Counted from the whole stretch's first letter, positions 12,439-25,950 are shown. The stretch: 63,268 bases of DNA, filler included, from Reticulomyxa filosa (GCA_000512085.1; 17 parts of 17 records of this genome joined end to end with filler, not necessarily neighbours in it); one strand, 5' to 3'. Program-made: numbers and translations. The notes: generated from the letters alone by a model not told the origin.

Positions 12439-12610
12439 TCTATCATTTTTTGTTTATTTTATTTTGCAGTAATTACATACATTAGTTTATATTTAACTCA
12501 TTCAAGTTGGNNNNNNNNNNNNNNNNNNNNNNNNNNNNNNNNNNNNNNNNNNNNTTAATTAATTAANNNNNNNNNNNNNNNNNNNNNNNNNNNNNNNNNN
12601 NNNNNNNNNN

Positions 12611-12743
12611 TCGATCATCAATTATTAATCAATATCAAAATATTCCAAATTATTTTTCTTTGATGAATAATGGAAATTTAGTACTTTATCCTGATTATGC
12701 TTTGAAACAAAAAATTCAAAAATTTTTGGAAAACTTAAAATGA
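12611..12743 (+). CDS. C-terminal end of a third Kelch-SAM-U-box family member
   Basis: RSSIINQYQNIPNYFSLMNNGNLVLYPDYALKQKIQKFLENLK* aligns with the U-box tails of copies A and B. Confidence 0.85.
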
Positions 12744-13099
12744 TTTTCATTTTTTGACTGTAAAGTCCTTTTGCTTTTCTCAACATTTTTTTCAAGCTTT
12801 GATTTGGATTGAATTAACATGTTGTTTCAAAGGCACTTCCTTGAAAAAGTACTATTGCATGTGTCAGCTGAATACATCATACATTTATATTTGAAGTTCG
12901 AATTATTATTTGTAATTTTTTGTTGTTGTTAATCCAAAACATTTGCATTATTTTTATTATTTTGAATTCCTTTTCTTTATGCACACAAAATTAAGAAAAA
13001 AAATATAATAATCTGCAATTTGTTTTGACTGTTTACTAAATATGAGGTTAAATTTCTATGGATTAAAAAATAATTTTGAAATAGGTATATTTTTCTTTT

Positions 13100-13787
13100 C
13101 TTTTTAACAACAAATGATAACATCACTTTGATAATTGCAAAATCAATATAATCTATTTCTTGTTTCTTTTGTTGTTTTTCTAATTCTAAGCCACTTTCCA
13201 TCCAACATAAGTTATTATATATCTCATAATCGCTTCATCTACTTCTTTTTTCAATTTTTTTTTTGTAATTATTTTTCATCAACTTTTGTTATGGTATTGA
13301 CATCAATCTATATAATTCAAACTGGCTCTGATTTTTTTTATTAATAAAAAATTTTGATTGATGTTCGATGTTCAAATGATGTTTTGATGATTGATGAAAA
13401 AGAATTTGACCGATAAAATCACTATTTCTGAACTGTTCAAAACTCGAAATGCCATCCCAATTCATTTCATTCAATTCCGTTCTTTTTTCTTCATTCCATT
13501 TTTTCAAATGTTTGTTCAATGATTCCACTCGTAATTTTCCGCTTTCTCATTCTGGTGGGAAATTAAAATTCTTTTTGATTCTCTCCTTTCCAATTGGGAT
13601 CATATATGTCCTTTCGAATTTAGTTTTTGTTGTCACTTTTTTAAATAATTTTGCTTTTCGTTTTGTCCTTATCGAATTTCTTTCAATCTTATGATCTCTT
13701 TCTTTAATTCATACATTCGTACTCATGTGTATTTTCTAAATTTTATAATTTACATTCCCTCCATCAATGACATGAACATTTGCATCA
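13100..13787 (-). pseudogene. Decayed fourth Kelch-coiled coil(-U-box) family member
   Basis: VHVIDGG..I*KIHMSTNV*, KFERTYMIPIGKE and KKWNEEKRTELNEMNWD align to copies A and B but carry in-frame stops and deletions. Confidence 0.8.
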
Positions 13788-16176
13788 NNNNNNNNNNNNN
13801 NNNNNNNNNNNNNNNNNNNNNNNNNNNNNNNTTAATTAATTAANNNNNNNNNNNNNNNNNNNNNNNNNNNNNNNNNNNNNNNNNNNNGCCATTTAGGTAT
13901 GGCAGTTTTTTTTGCAATCTACTGTATGATCGCTACGACTTTGATATATATTTGCTTTTTGATTTGCTATGCACTTTTACTGTTTGGAGTCAATTTATAT
14001 TAATTTCCATTTGTTTGTTCATAGATTTTGAGTTATGATTGCTATCATTTTCCTCTAAATGGATTTCACCTTGACAGTCTACTGTATGGTGTATTCCAAG
14101 TGTCTTAAGGCACTTCGTGATAAGATAAAGTTATGTGGAAGATTTTGTATAATCTAATTTTTCTTTGGAAGGTTTGACGCTTTCACTTATTGTTAGATCC
14201 AATTTTTCACGAAGTTCGATAAAACCACTTACACGAACATAATTGTTTATATTTACATCCTCTATGTTTAACTTCTATAGTACACATAATTATTTGTCTT
14301 TAGTTTTCCTTGGATATTGATATTTTGCTTGCCATTTCGACTCAATATTCAACTGATCCTCTATACTACATTGCTATCATTTTGGATGAAAGCAGTAATT
14401 ATTTCAGTGACCTCAATATGTTCGATCCTGTGTACATTGTCCTGCTTCTGCTTTGTGTTGTCTTGCACGTATTGCGCCTTTTTTTCCACTGCAGGTTCCA
14501 AACTTTAATAACTTAGTACGAATCGTTTGTTCTGATTTTTCTGTATTTAGGTTCATGATGACTTATTTGTATTTGCGTCTAATGCAACTGATGATCTCAT
14601 CGTTCATACAAACAGTGTGCTAAATGTAGAAATCTGAAGCGGTAAAGCACGTTTTTAAGAAAAGTGAAAATTACAATATTTAGAGTCATACTGACCCCAT
14701 TGTAACGTAAATAGTGTCACTGCACAAGAATTAGAAGATCAATGTTTGGTAAGTCAGTATCATGACTTGAGCTTGCTTTGGTTCAAAAAGATGTTATACA
14801 TACATGCAAGGTAAATAATGAATTATTTAAAATTTATAAAGAAATATTTAAAAATGTCATATTGAACATTGTGCATTATTGTTCAGATTATGAACATAAC
14901 AGTTGATGTTAAACATGACAATCTTGTTACAAAATCAAGACATTCAAAAAACTTTACATCAAATCAAATTTCACAAAAAAAATTCAAAAAGGTCACATTT
15001 TAATTGTTGTTCAAGTCTAATTTTTAAAAAGTAGCATAATATGTTTGATATTCTTTCTGCAAACTATATGTATTTTGAATAAACCTATTAAATATGATAA
15101 TTAAAATGTCAAGCACAATAAAAGCCATTTGATGTATTGACTCATGACTAGCGAATGTGTTTACAGTTTATGTCGTATTATTTTAAGCAAGTATTATACA
15201 AAACATAATGCAGCATTTGCAAGAATGGATCAAAAAAACCAAGATTAAATTGATTTGAATTCTAAATGTTATGAAAGTAAACATATCCTTAAGCAAATAC
15301 AATTGAAAAATATCAAACAAAGAATATTTGTTTGAAAAAAACAAAACGTATTTAACCAATGTTCTGCAAAAATTAATAGATACAATAAAATAAAGAAAAC
15401 ATGTGTAGAACAAGCACAAGGAAATACATATTGTAATAAAAAAAATTTCAAAGCTTGATTAATTTTAATATTTTCTGTTGATAATTTTTCTTTTTACTTG
15501 ATCATTGTGTTTTATTTCTTAAAATAGTTTACACAAATGGAGAGTGAAAGTTGATGATAAAGAAAAGAATATTACAATAGACTTGCTGCTAAAAAAATTG
15601 CACAAATAATAAATAAAAAAGAAAAAACAGTAAATGTTTGTAATTGAAGAAAAAATGAAATAAATTTTGAAATACTTAAAATATGTGAATATTTTAAATT
15701 TTGAAAAAATATATTTTGACTTAGAAAATAACATTTTCATAATACGATATTTTGCTTTGTAACGATTTTTGTCATACTGTACTATATGTTTTTTTTATAT
15801 GCAATTTTTTGTGCGTTCTTGTAAATACATCAGATTAAGTTTATCTAGCTAAAAAATAATCTTTCTACAAAAGACACTTATGGAAAGAAATTGAACAAAT
15901 ACAAAACTGTGACATATCGTAATGTTACCAAATGTATTTTTCATTAATTGTAAGTTTGTGATCAAAGTTCATTTAATAAACGAAATCATGAACTTGACAT
16001 AATTTTCTTTGTCACTATATTGTGATTAATTGTAATATTTATTGATTATTCCCTTAACAAAAATGTACAAGCATAGTGCAAAATATCACAAATATGTTGA
16101 TCTCGTTGAAAGGTTTTTGTTAGTTTGGTTGTTTTTAAATAAAAATTGATGTGAACGTTCGTATTTCATTATCGAA

Positions 16177-16404
16177 ATGACAGAAAGCATAGAAAAGAAA
16201 GATGAAGAAGAAGAACAGATATTTACATATTTGAAGAACACAGTCAAAATAGATCGTGGCGACGCCTCAAAACTCGCCTCTTACTTGCGTCGAGAGGAAA
16301 AAACAACACAAGGGGAAGACATTGCAATATTGGAGTCACAACAATGGAAAAAAGCTTTTATACACGTACAATTGGCTCTGATTTCAAAGAAAAAGCTATT
16401 GAAA
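16177..16404 (+). CDS. N-terminus of a protein with a SAM-like helical domain, 3' truncated
   Basis: The ORF runs from ATG to the contig end and aligns by eye with the first exon of the gene at 27263 (IxxYL...A..L...LR...ED.A.L....W...F..V.L...K..L). Confidence 0.6.
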
Positions 16405-16513
16405 NNNNNNNNNNNNNNNNNNNNNNNNNNNNNNNNNNNNNNNNNNNNTTAATTAATTAANNNNNNNNNNNNNNNNNNNNNNNNNNNNNNNNNNNNNNNN
16501 NNNNAAAAAAAAA

Positions 16514-16548
<35 letters not shown>

Positions 16549-16550
16549 AC

Positions 16551-17458
16551 TTGATTGGGTTGATTGGATTGTGAATGTTTCAACAATTGAATTTGGGTAT
16601 TTAATTGCTGTATATTTTGTTGTAGTTGATAAATGTTGGTTTCGTAAGAGACTTTGTTATCATTGAGCGCAAGAGTTTTTTCTTGCAGCTGCTGTTGCAA
16701 GAGTTCGACTTGAGATTGCAAAGACGTATTCCATTGTTTGGTCTGTTGCAGTTCCTTCTGCAGTTCATCTTGGTCGGTTTGGATCCATTGCAGCTGCGAC
16801 TTGAGACGAGACAGCTCGAGTTCGCGTTGCTGCAGCTTTTGAGCAGAGATGGCAAAGGCGTTGGATGTCTCAATGTTCTGCTGTTCCAACGACGTTTCGC
16901 GTGGAGTGATTTGATGAGCCTGCGCTTGCGCCTGTGCCAAAAGGGTGCGTTCTTGGGTCCATACTTCGCGTTCTTTGGAAAACTCTTGTTTCAATTGTTG
17001 CATCACTTGTTTATGTTCCTCGATGGCTTGCAAATGCGTCTTCAGCGTTAATGTCTTGTCTTGTTCCAAGTGTTCGAGCTGTTGACGCAAATGGTCAATC
17101 GTGTCAATATATGTCTGCTGTTGCTGCTGCAGCTGCTTCACTTGCTCGTTCAAATCGCGCATGTTCGAATTCTTGTTCTTCAACGCGTTGTTCAACTCCG
17201 TCTCCAAATTGTGGACCTCGTCTTTGTATCTCTTCTTCTGCTCGTTCATCTGTCGCTCCCACTCGCTCTCCTTCTCTGTTATCGCCTGGTTGTGGCGCTC
17301 CTTTTGCTGACGCAGCAAATCCTGCGCCTTTCGCACTTTGGCGCGCTCTTCGTTCCACAGCTGATTCAACCCGACATTCTCCTGTCTCAGTTTCGATATC
17401 TCGTTGCTAATTATACTCTCCTGCGATACTTGACCAGACCCTGTTGTCATTGCTGATG

Positions 17459-17491
<33 letters not shown>

Positions 17492-18017
17492 ATGCTGCTG
17501 CTGATGCCGAAGTTGGTGTTGAGGTTGATGGAGGAGTTGTCACACGAATTGGCATATTTGTCATATCCACAACACCCTCGCCCATTTTGCTAACACTCTT
17601 CCTCTCTTTCTCTCCTGTACTCAATCTTATCTCTCTTTGTTCGTCATTGTTCTCACTTTCTATTGGTTCTGCCAATTCTTCCTTTTTCTCTTTTGACTTT
17701 CGTTGTTGTTGTTGTTGTTGTTGTTGTTGCTGATACTGCTCTTTTTCTTGTTCTTCTTCTTCTTGCTCGTTTTCGTGCTTCTGCTTCTCGTTCTCCGCAT
17801 CTTCCTTCTCTTTCTCGTCTCTTGTCTTATTTGTATCCTCTTCGTTTTCCTCTTTTGCTTGCTCTTTACTCTCCTTTGGTACTTCCGACACTCCCTCTTT
17901 CTGTACGCCATCAGCACTCTTCGAGATCGCGTTCACGCGCACTCTTTTCGCACTTTCAGACGCAAACGAGTCCGCTTGATCTAATAATTTTCCAAAACTT
18001 TCAAAATATGAGGCCAT
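16551..18017 (-). CDS. Long coiled-coil protein, golgin-like N-terminus, 3' truncated
   Basis: An exon of about 490 codons: short amphipathic N-terminus (MASYFESFGKLLDQAD), acidic/poly-Q and poly-A linker, then an extended Q/E/L heptad coiled coil. It ends at a GT donor followed by (TA)n. Confidence 0.75.
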
Positions 18018-18273
18018 TTTTTTTTTATGCCTATTTTCTACCTGCTCCTCCCCTCCCTCCCCCTTTTTTCAATGTTCGTCACGTTTGCTTCTTTCTTTGG
18101 TCTGCTTTGATTATCTTCCAAACAAGTGATAATTTTGCAGCAAATAAAAACTTTTAAAAAATGATCCAAACAAATGTATTTTTGTGATCCGTTTCACCGC
18201 CTACATATAAGAAAAGTTGACCCGTTTTTTGGAACAAAACCAAAGGGGGAGAGAAAAGAAAACGTAAAAAAAA

Positions 18274-18812
18274 ATGAATCCCATGAATGAGAGCAATAAG
18301 GAGCAATCAGAAGATCAACAACATGACAGCGGAGTCAAAGAAAAGCACGAAAAGCGTAAATCACGGCAAAGAAGACTGTCAAACGTGTCGTTAGATCCAA
18401 GTTTGTTTCGAAAACTGACAAACACAAAGCGCTCACGGGAAAGCGGTAACAGCAGCAGCCGGACTGACCACCACTCCAGCAATAGTAACAATGACAACAG
18501 CCATGATGACAATGCCAATAGTAATGAGAAGGAGGACACAACGACAAGGGAAGAATCAACGAAATATGATTCTCTGAGATCACAAGAGCAAAATGAGAAT
18601 TCGGTGGACGCACAAAACATGATTGACATCCGTAACATTGAGCCGTATATCACACAATTGTTAGAGCAAAAGCAGTTGTTAAGTGAGGAATTGAAAGAAA
18701 ACCAAGACACGAATGAGGACCTGAAGCATCGAAACGACGAATTGACAAATTTAGTCAACGATTATCAAAGGCAGTTAGAAAAGCTGCAAACTGAAAGAGA
18801 GCAGCATTTGCA
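18274..18812 (+). CDS. Hypothetical low-complexity + coiled-coil protein, 3' truncated
   Basis: ATG-initiated open frame running to the contig end, with heptad pattern YITQLLEQKQLLSEEL...LEKLQ. Divergent from the 18017 gene. Confidence 0.7.
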
Positions 18813-19490
18813 NNNNNNNNNNNNNNNNNNNNNNNNNNNNNNNNNNNNNNNNNNNNTTAATTAATTAANNNNNNNNNNNNNNNNNNNNNNNNNNNNNNNN
18901 NNNNNNNNNNNNACTGACGAATTTGGACAGACTTCGTTTCAATGGGGGCAGAAAACCAAAGATCGCTTTGAACTTTTGGATCAACGACCTTTGGCTAGTA
19001 CAATTGGCCCGCACTACAAAATTACTGACGTTTTACCGTTGGACTATTATTCGATTGTTGTTACCTCACGCGCGACATAATCTTTTTTTTTTTTATAGAT
19101 TTCATTCTGTCTATTCTGGCTCACCGTTCAAAAACCTTTTGAATTGTTGTTTCTCTTAAAGAGAGAAGAAGGAAATGTATTTCGTTTTTTATTTTTGACT
19201 TTTCAATTCAGAAAGGCGTTTATCTTATTTCACTCCAAAATAAAAGTCCACATAGTTTTAAAAAAAAACAGAGTGATCCGGTACATGCATCTTAATAATT
19301 GTTTGAGAACAAACAAGTAAGTAAATATCAATAATTGTTCCATTCTCATTTAAAAAGAAATATATATATGTAACATTGGATTTTATTTCATCAGTTAGGT
19401 GCTGTTCCTTTCATTTTCTTAATGTCCAAGAGGCTTGTTTTTTTTAAAAAAACAAAATTTGCTTGAATAGCAAAAAGACATTTTGGCACA

Positions 19491-19977
19491 ATGGAAGAAG
19501 AAAAGAACACAAATGCAAAACCCTCCCAACACTTTGATTTCCAAGACCTGGTGCAGTCAAAAGAAAAAAGATCACATAAAGAAGTACACGACTTCTTAGA
19601 GTGTTCACTGCCACATTTCCCCAAAGGACAAATGTTTGTAAACGCAGGAAAGTTTTTTGGCTTTGATTGCAAATGTAGCATTCATTGTAGAATTGGATTT
19701 AAAAAGACAAAAAACACAAAGACGAAATTTTAAAGTTTAGTCTGCAGGAACTTTCAACAGCTTTTGGGGAAGTGCAAAAAAAAAAATTATCAATAAGTTT
19801 ATATACGACCAAAAAAACATTGCAAAGGCGAAAAGCTACGAGATAAAGAATCACATAAAAAATTTATCTGATGATTTCAAAAAGGTAACGAAGAAGACCA
19901 TGACCATCAAGGGGACGATAGCAAGAGCAGAGCCTGCGAATGTAACGGATGAATCCCAAGCAATGGAACAACCTTTG
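19491..19977 (+). CDS. Hypothetical protein, first exons
   Basis: ATG ORF MEEEKNTNAK... plus further coding-like segments to the contig end. No domain recognised. Confidence 0.35.
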
Positions 19978-21676
19978 NNNNNNNNNNNNNNNNNNNNNNN
20001 NNNNNNNNNNNNNNNNNNNNNTTAATTAATTAANNNNNNNNNNNNNNNNNNNNNNNNNNNNNNNNNNNNNNNNNNNNGAAAACATACTCTGAAGGGGTGT
20101 TGACGTTGAAAAAACAAAGTGGGATCATTGATACAAATAATCCAGAATAGCAAGAGTATTTCGTTTTGTGAGATAATCACACAATACAATTAAGCATTTG
20201 TGTGTACATAAGCTAATGACATCAAAGTTATTAATAACGAGATATTACAAACTTCAGATCAATTTTTCATCTTTTTTGGAACTGTTGAAAATTTTTTTTC
20301 TATTTTTTTCTTTAAAACATTTTTTAAAAATCAAAACAGAACAAGTGGTTGAAAATATAATAGGTCGTTTATATATACGTGTAAATGTTTTATTTATTTT
20401 AAAAAAAAAGATTATGATATCAGAATTTTCACTGGAAAACAAATTTTGAGAACACAAAATGGATGATAAGACAGCATTATAATGGTTGACAGAATTATAA
20501 CATAGTGCAATTTTGTGGGAACTATTGTACTTGTTATAACAGTGGCAAAAGTCAAATTGAAAATATAAAGAATTGCAAGAAGATATGATGAAATATATTT
20601 GAAGTACTGAATTATACAAAGATTTTCAACAACTAGAAGTTTGTTTTTATGTAATTATTTATCACAAATGAGTAGATAGGCATTATCAGATGTTGTTGAT
20701 ACTGTTTTATGGTAATGACAAAAAATATAACTTTATTTTATTTTATTTTAATAAAGGTAATAGAATGATAAAAAAAGGAGTCAAATTGCAAAGCGTTCAT
20801 TGATCCAGATTTTAAATAAATTAAATGAAAGTGCCGGATAAGTACGAAGAATAATGATAATATAGTATAATTATTTCAAGACAAAAACGTGTTTAGTATA
20901 TTTGAAAACTAATTTAAAAAAATTAGCTACAAATGACTAATTGAGTATGTAAATGTAAATATCAAACTTTGCAAAAATAAAGCTATATGTGCAATAACAA
21001 TTATGTGATAATATTACAAAGTAGTATTTATATATAATTTAGAATAACATTAGTTAAATGCATAACACATCGCAACATATCAAACATAATACAAGCACAA
21101 ATATATAAAATTAATATTTTATCATATACCTAATTTCTTTTTAAACTTTATAAATAAATTACACATTAGCAACAATAGAATTGTATTTTGATTTAATTTG
21201 AAAACAGTATATTTGTAAACAAGAAGAGCCTAAATAGCATTTTACATTGATAATAATTTCAAATGATATTATAACTAAACATCAAAGCACAACAAACGCA
21301 ATAAAATCATGAAAAATAGTCATTTAAGTCAGACATTTTAATATCAAACGTCAATGTCTTTATGAAAAAATACTAACTTCGAATTGATTTTATGCTTTGA
21401 TTGCTTTGATTTTATGCTTTCGATTACTTTAATATTCTCAAAAAATTGGATTGGCATAGAATTGAAAAAAATGAAAACAAAGAAATGGTTCGGTTTTGCA
21501 GTTTAACAATTTTTTGTTTTANNNNNNNNNNNNNNNNNNNNNNNNNNNNNNNNNNNNNNNNNNNNTTAATTAATTAANNNNNNNNNNNNNNNNNNNNNNN
21601 NNNNNNNNNNNNNNNNNNNNNAAAAAAAAAAATCACATAATCACAGTTAACCATTTTTTTTACTTTACTTGGATAG

Positions 21677-22000
21677 TATGCTGCACTTGATGAAATTTTT
21701 GGCTACTATTATCCTGTTGCAGAGCGTACAGTAGAATGGAACCTCCTTGACATGGGAATATCGTTTATAATTCTGATTACTATTTTTGCGTGCGCTCTCG
21801 CGTCGCTCGTTTGCATTTATTTGTCCGAAACATGCGATAAATACAATCTTAATGATGGACTGTTTGTTCCTTGCCTTAATAATCACCGTAGATCTTCAGC
21901 TCTGTTGCAAGACGAAGGTGCGAATCGTACAGCAGGACCACCTGGTACACAAGTATTTCTGGCGGAACCTATTGATGCGGAGGTCTCCACTCGAGTTTAA
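21677..22000 (+). CDS. Last exon of a membrane protein
   Basis: An open frame follows an AG at 21675-21676 and contains one hydrophobic helix (ISFIILITIFACALASLVCIYL) and a short tail. Confidence 0.45.
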   Translation, partial: YAALDEIFGYYYPVAERTVEWNLLDMGISFIILITIFACALASLVCIYLSETCDKYNLNDGLFVPCLNNHRRSSALLQDEGANRTAGPPGTQVFLAEPIDAEVSTRV

Positions 22001-22642
22001 CTTTATATAATTAATTGCTATAGTAATTATTGTTTCAATGTTTGGTTGTCGTTTGCGTTTGCATTTCGAGTTTTTTTATTTCGTGTAAATGGCTATTTTA
22101 AATAAAAGATAATTAGTGCTTTTCGTTTTCACTAAAATTTGTTCATTTTCAAAAAATCGTGACGAATACTTTATGGATAAAAGGTCTGAATACATGTACG
22201 ATTATTTTTTAGATAACGTTTTTGAAGGAGTACACAGAGAATAAGTCATAAAAGTTGAATTTTTTTTAGACCAAAATAACAATAAAGATGAATGGAAGTG
22301 ATCCTTCGGCTTCATACTGTAAATTATTTCAGTCTTATATTTTGTAAAATAAGACCCGATATGACATTATCAAAAAAGGTTTTTTCACATAATTTACTGA
22401 TAAAAGTGACAGTGCTTTTTCAGCATATGAGAATAAAAAGTTGTTATTCCCTTATATTTTTATGTGTTTTTCAATTAAAATTCTTTACTGCAATTGCATT
22501 GATAACGCTTAACTATATTCAAAAACTCAACTAAAAAATTATACAACGCCAATAATATCAAAATATGCACTACAAATCGCAGTGAAATAGAACAGTTACT
22601 AAGAGGGAATAACTTATTCTTAAGTTCAAAGTGAAACAATAA

Positions 22643-23761
22643 ATGATGGCAGAATTTCGTAAAAGTATGGTATTTTCAAAAATAAAGCTGAAATATTTTC
22701 TCGGAATTTTTAATTTGGTTGTTTTTCGTTTTTAGACTGGGCTGATGTAGGAGGCCCAGAAGGCAAAGAGAGCGACTCTGAAGGAGAAGATCAGCAATCA
22801 ACAGAAGAATCACAAAAAGAAGAGCTGAGAAGATCCTTCTATCGAAGCTTTGATGACAATGGTAAAGTTGGAAAGCTAGCATTTGTTGTTGTATAAGGAA
22901 GCAATGTCTAAGAATTGTGTTCAAAGCGCAAAATGTTTTCCAAATTTTATTTTTTTTCTACCCTCCCTTTTTTTTTTTTTTAAAAAAAAAAAAAAATCAG
23001 TAAAAGTGCTGCGCCCAAGTCAAAATCAATTGATTCAAGAACAACAAACACAAAGTCAAGAGCAGGCCAAGAACAGCAATTCGGCGATATCCCGTGGATC
23101 GAATCGGAATTTATCCAAGTCGAATGACGACACAGTGACAGTGATAAGCAACGGAAGTTCGGACTCATCGAAAATGGACAGTCTGCGGCATTACTTGAAA
23201 AGCAACTATCAAACAACATTACAGGAACAGCGAGAGGGCACCCTACGTGGTATCGATAATGTGATTGAAAATGAGGAGCAGTCGGATACCTACCCTATTA
23301 GTGTAGGGACATCTTGTGTGACCCCTTTTCAAGTTCAATCGTTGTCACAGGTGCCGTCACAACCACAACCACCACCATCATCATCATCATCATCACTACT
23401 AGTACAAGACAACAAAAGATGTCAATTGGGGTCCACATCAACAGCAGGGGCATTGTCCACCAGACCAATGGAAGCCACAAGCGACACCACGAGAATGACC
23501 AAGTCATTGCCGGATTTGTTCAGACATGCACCACTCCCGCTGCCGTCTCTTTCCCGCCAAAAAACCGCGAGCCCTCAATCGGTGTCGAGCAATTCCAACT
23601 TGCCGTTGCACGAAATCCAAAATCCCAAGATTTTGGAATATATTCAACAGCTGGAGGCCTATATTCAATATCAAAACCAACAAACCGCTCAGCTGACAGC
23701 ACAATTGAACCTGACCAATGGACACGTCCCGTACACTGGATTTCCAGTTTCGTCGTTTCAA
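22643..23761 (+). CDS. Hypothetical S/Q-rich protein, three exons visible, 3' truncated
   Basis: GT-AG introns at 22665-22736 and 22862-23000 join MMAEFRK/NWADVGG.../VKVLRPSQ in frame. It has a short coiled coil (EYIQQLEAYIQYQNQQ) and a GTAAGT donor at 23762. Confidence 0.65.
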
Positions 23762-23963
23762 GTAAGTATTGCTTTTTGTATGTATGTATACGTATCTGTG
23801 TATTGTTACCACAAAACTGTATATATACAATACACGATTCACACGCATATAACATATATACAAACACATTTTTTAAAAATAGTCGAACATTCTTTCTCCT
23901 AATTTTGCTGACACTGTCGGTGCAATGCCAACAAATACGACAAGTAAAGTTTTAACGTTTACT

Positions 23964-24006
<43 letters not shown>

Positions 24007-24106
24007 NNNNNNNNNNNNNNNNNNNNNNNNNNNNNNNNNNNNNNNNNNNNTTAATTAATTAANNNNNNNNNNNNNNNNNNNNNNNNNNNNNNNNNNNNNN
24101 NNNNNN

Positions 24107-24973
24107 CCCTATGCGCCGGGTGGGAACATCGACGTCACCGCGCGCATCATCGCCGACAAGCTGCGCGAGGTGCTGGGCACCACCGTGCTCGTCGAGAACA
24201 AGGCCGGCGCCAGCGGCATGATCGGCAGCGACATCGTCGCCCGCGCGGCGCCCGACGGGACCAGCCTGCTGGTCTCGGCCAACTCGCTGGTCGCGGTGCC
24301 CGCCATCTACGGCAACGCGCCCTATGACTGGCGCACGGCGTTCACGCCGATCACCCATATCCAGCGCGTCCCGGCCGTCCTCGTCGTGCCGCCCAACTCG
24401 CCGATCAAGACGCTGGCCGACTTCATCGCCCTGGGGAAGGACGGCAAGTTCACGGTCGCCGATTCCGGCCTCGGCACCACCAATCACCTGGCCGTCGAGC
24501 TGATCGCCGAGGCCACCGGCACCAAGTACACCTCAGTCCACTACAAGGGGTCGGGCGCCGCCATGATCGACGTGATGGCAGGCCAGGTCCCCGCCCAGGT
24601 CGACCAGCTCAACGCCACCATCGGCAACATCAAGTCCGGCAAGCTGCGCGCCATCGCCGTCTCCTCCGACAAGCGCGTACCACAGCTTCCCGACGTGCCG
24701 ACCATGAAGGAAAGCGGCGTGAAGGGTCTCGAGAATTTCACCTTTGCGACCTTCACCGGCCTGTTCGGCCCGGCCAAGATGCCGCCCGACGTCGTTGCCA
24801 AGATCAACGAGGCGATGGTCAAGGTTCTGAAGGATCCCGCCGTCGTCCAGCGTTTCGCCGACCTCACGGCCGAGGCCTATCCGACCACGCCGCAGGAGAC
24901 CGCGGCGATGTTCGACGCCGAGGACAAGATGGTCGTCCCGCTCATCAAGAAGCTGAAGATCAAACCGGAGTAA
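24107..24973 (+). CDS. Bacterial Bug/TctC-family tripartite tricarboxylate transporter substrate-binding protein, 5' truncated
   Basis: Contains PYAPGGNIDVTAR...VENKAGASGMIG...APDG, HYKGSG, and R.PQLPDVPT motifs. GC-rich with strong GC3 bias and no introns. Confidence 0.95.
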   Translation, partial: PYAPGGNIDVTARIIADKLREVLGTTVLVENKAGASGMIGSDIVARAAPDGTSLLVSANSLVAVPAIYGNAPYDWRTAFTPITHIQRVPAVLVVPPNSPIKTLADFIALGKDGKFTVADSGLGTTNHLAVELIAEATGTKYTSVHYKGSGAAMIDVMAGQVPAQVDQLNATIGNIKSGKLRAIAVSSDKRVPQLPDVPTMKESGVKGLENFTFATFTGLFGPAKMPPDVVAKINEAMVKVLKDPAVVQRFADLTAEAYPTTPQETAAMFDAEDKMVVPLIKKLKIKPE

Positions 24974-24981
24974 CCAGATCG

Positions 24982-25115
24982 ATGTCCCTGTTGCCGGCCA
25001 CCATCACGCCCATAATCCTGCTGCTGGTCTCCAACGTCTTCATGACGTTCGCCTGGTACGGGCACCTGAAGTTCACCGACAAGCCGCTGTGGCTGGTGGT
25101 GGTGGCAAGCTGGGG
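24982..25115 (+). CDS. Bacterial small DMT-family (DUF486-type) membrane protein, 3' truncated
   Basis: LLLVSNVFMTFAWYGHLKF...PLW.VV.ASW is the family's N-terminal signature. It starts 8 bp after the TctC stop. Confidence 0.88.
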
Positions 25116-25645
25116 NNNNNNNNNNNNNNNNNNNNNNNNNNNNNNNNNNNNNNNNNNNNTTAATTAATTAANNNNNNNNNNNNNNNNNNNNNNNNNNNNN
25201 NNNNNNNNNNNNNNNTCTCGAAACGAAAATTGAAAAGCACGTTTTGCCATTCACTCGTTTCTGGCTTTTTCAAACACTCCCCTTTTTGTTCTTCGGTTGT
25301 CTAGACTTACTAATACTAAAAGATTTCACATGAAAATTACTTAACATTACTTTTTTTTTATATATATGAAAAGTTTATGACAAAAAAAGTAAATTAATAA
25401 ATTATTTTGAAGGGATATGTGCTAATTGGTACAAAAATCAAAGATCATTTATCAATAAATAGAAACATCAATTATCTTTGTTTTATTACAAAAAGCTCTT
25501 TCAAGTTGAGATTGATCTGTTAAAGATTAGTATGCATTTTTATTTTGACAACGTCAATTTAACGCCAGAGAGGATCCAAAAGCAGGTTACAATGTTATAT
25601 TAAAACCAAATTTCATCCATTTTCAATTAATGCAAAATATTAGAC

Positions 25646-25950
25646 ATGACAGAAGATTGCCAATTTATTGAAAGATTGAACAAAATGCTGAATACATGCA
25701 ATTTGCCAACTGAATTTTCTTCACTGATCAAAGTCAAAGAGAACTGGATTAAATTTTGTCGCCAACCAAAATTGTACCGAAATCCGAAAGACCAAAACAA
25801 GTTTGGCATATTCGAAAAATCCAGTGAGTGTACATCAAAAAGCATTGTTGGGTCTGATGAACATATTTCACTAGATGATTTGATTAGCGTCATTCAGAGT
25901 AATGATTGCAGCATGAATGTAATTGAAAATTTGCGGGCATGGGTGAAAGG
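25646..25950 (+). CDS. Hypothetical protein exon
   Basis: About 100 open codons with protein-like composition, ending at a likely GT donor. No domain recognised. Confidence 0.3.

Noticed and set aside
13888-14700. Possible membrane protein exons
   Set aside because: Only short hydrophobic ORFs are present, which is expected by chance in T-rich DNA, and no consistent gene model emerged.
20078-21521. Genes or a mobile element in this AT-rich contig
   Set aside because: No long ORF, terminal repeats or recognisable motif. No tRNA, rRNA, transposase or reverse transcriptase was recognised anywhere in the window.
24107-25115. Horizontal transfer of a bacterial operon into the host genome
   Set aside because: There is no junction with host DNA and no compositional amelioration. 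Contamination or an associated bacterium is simpler.
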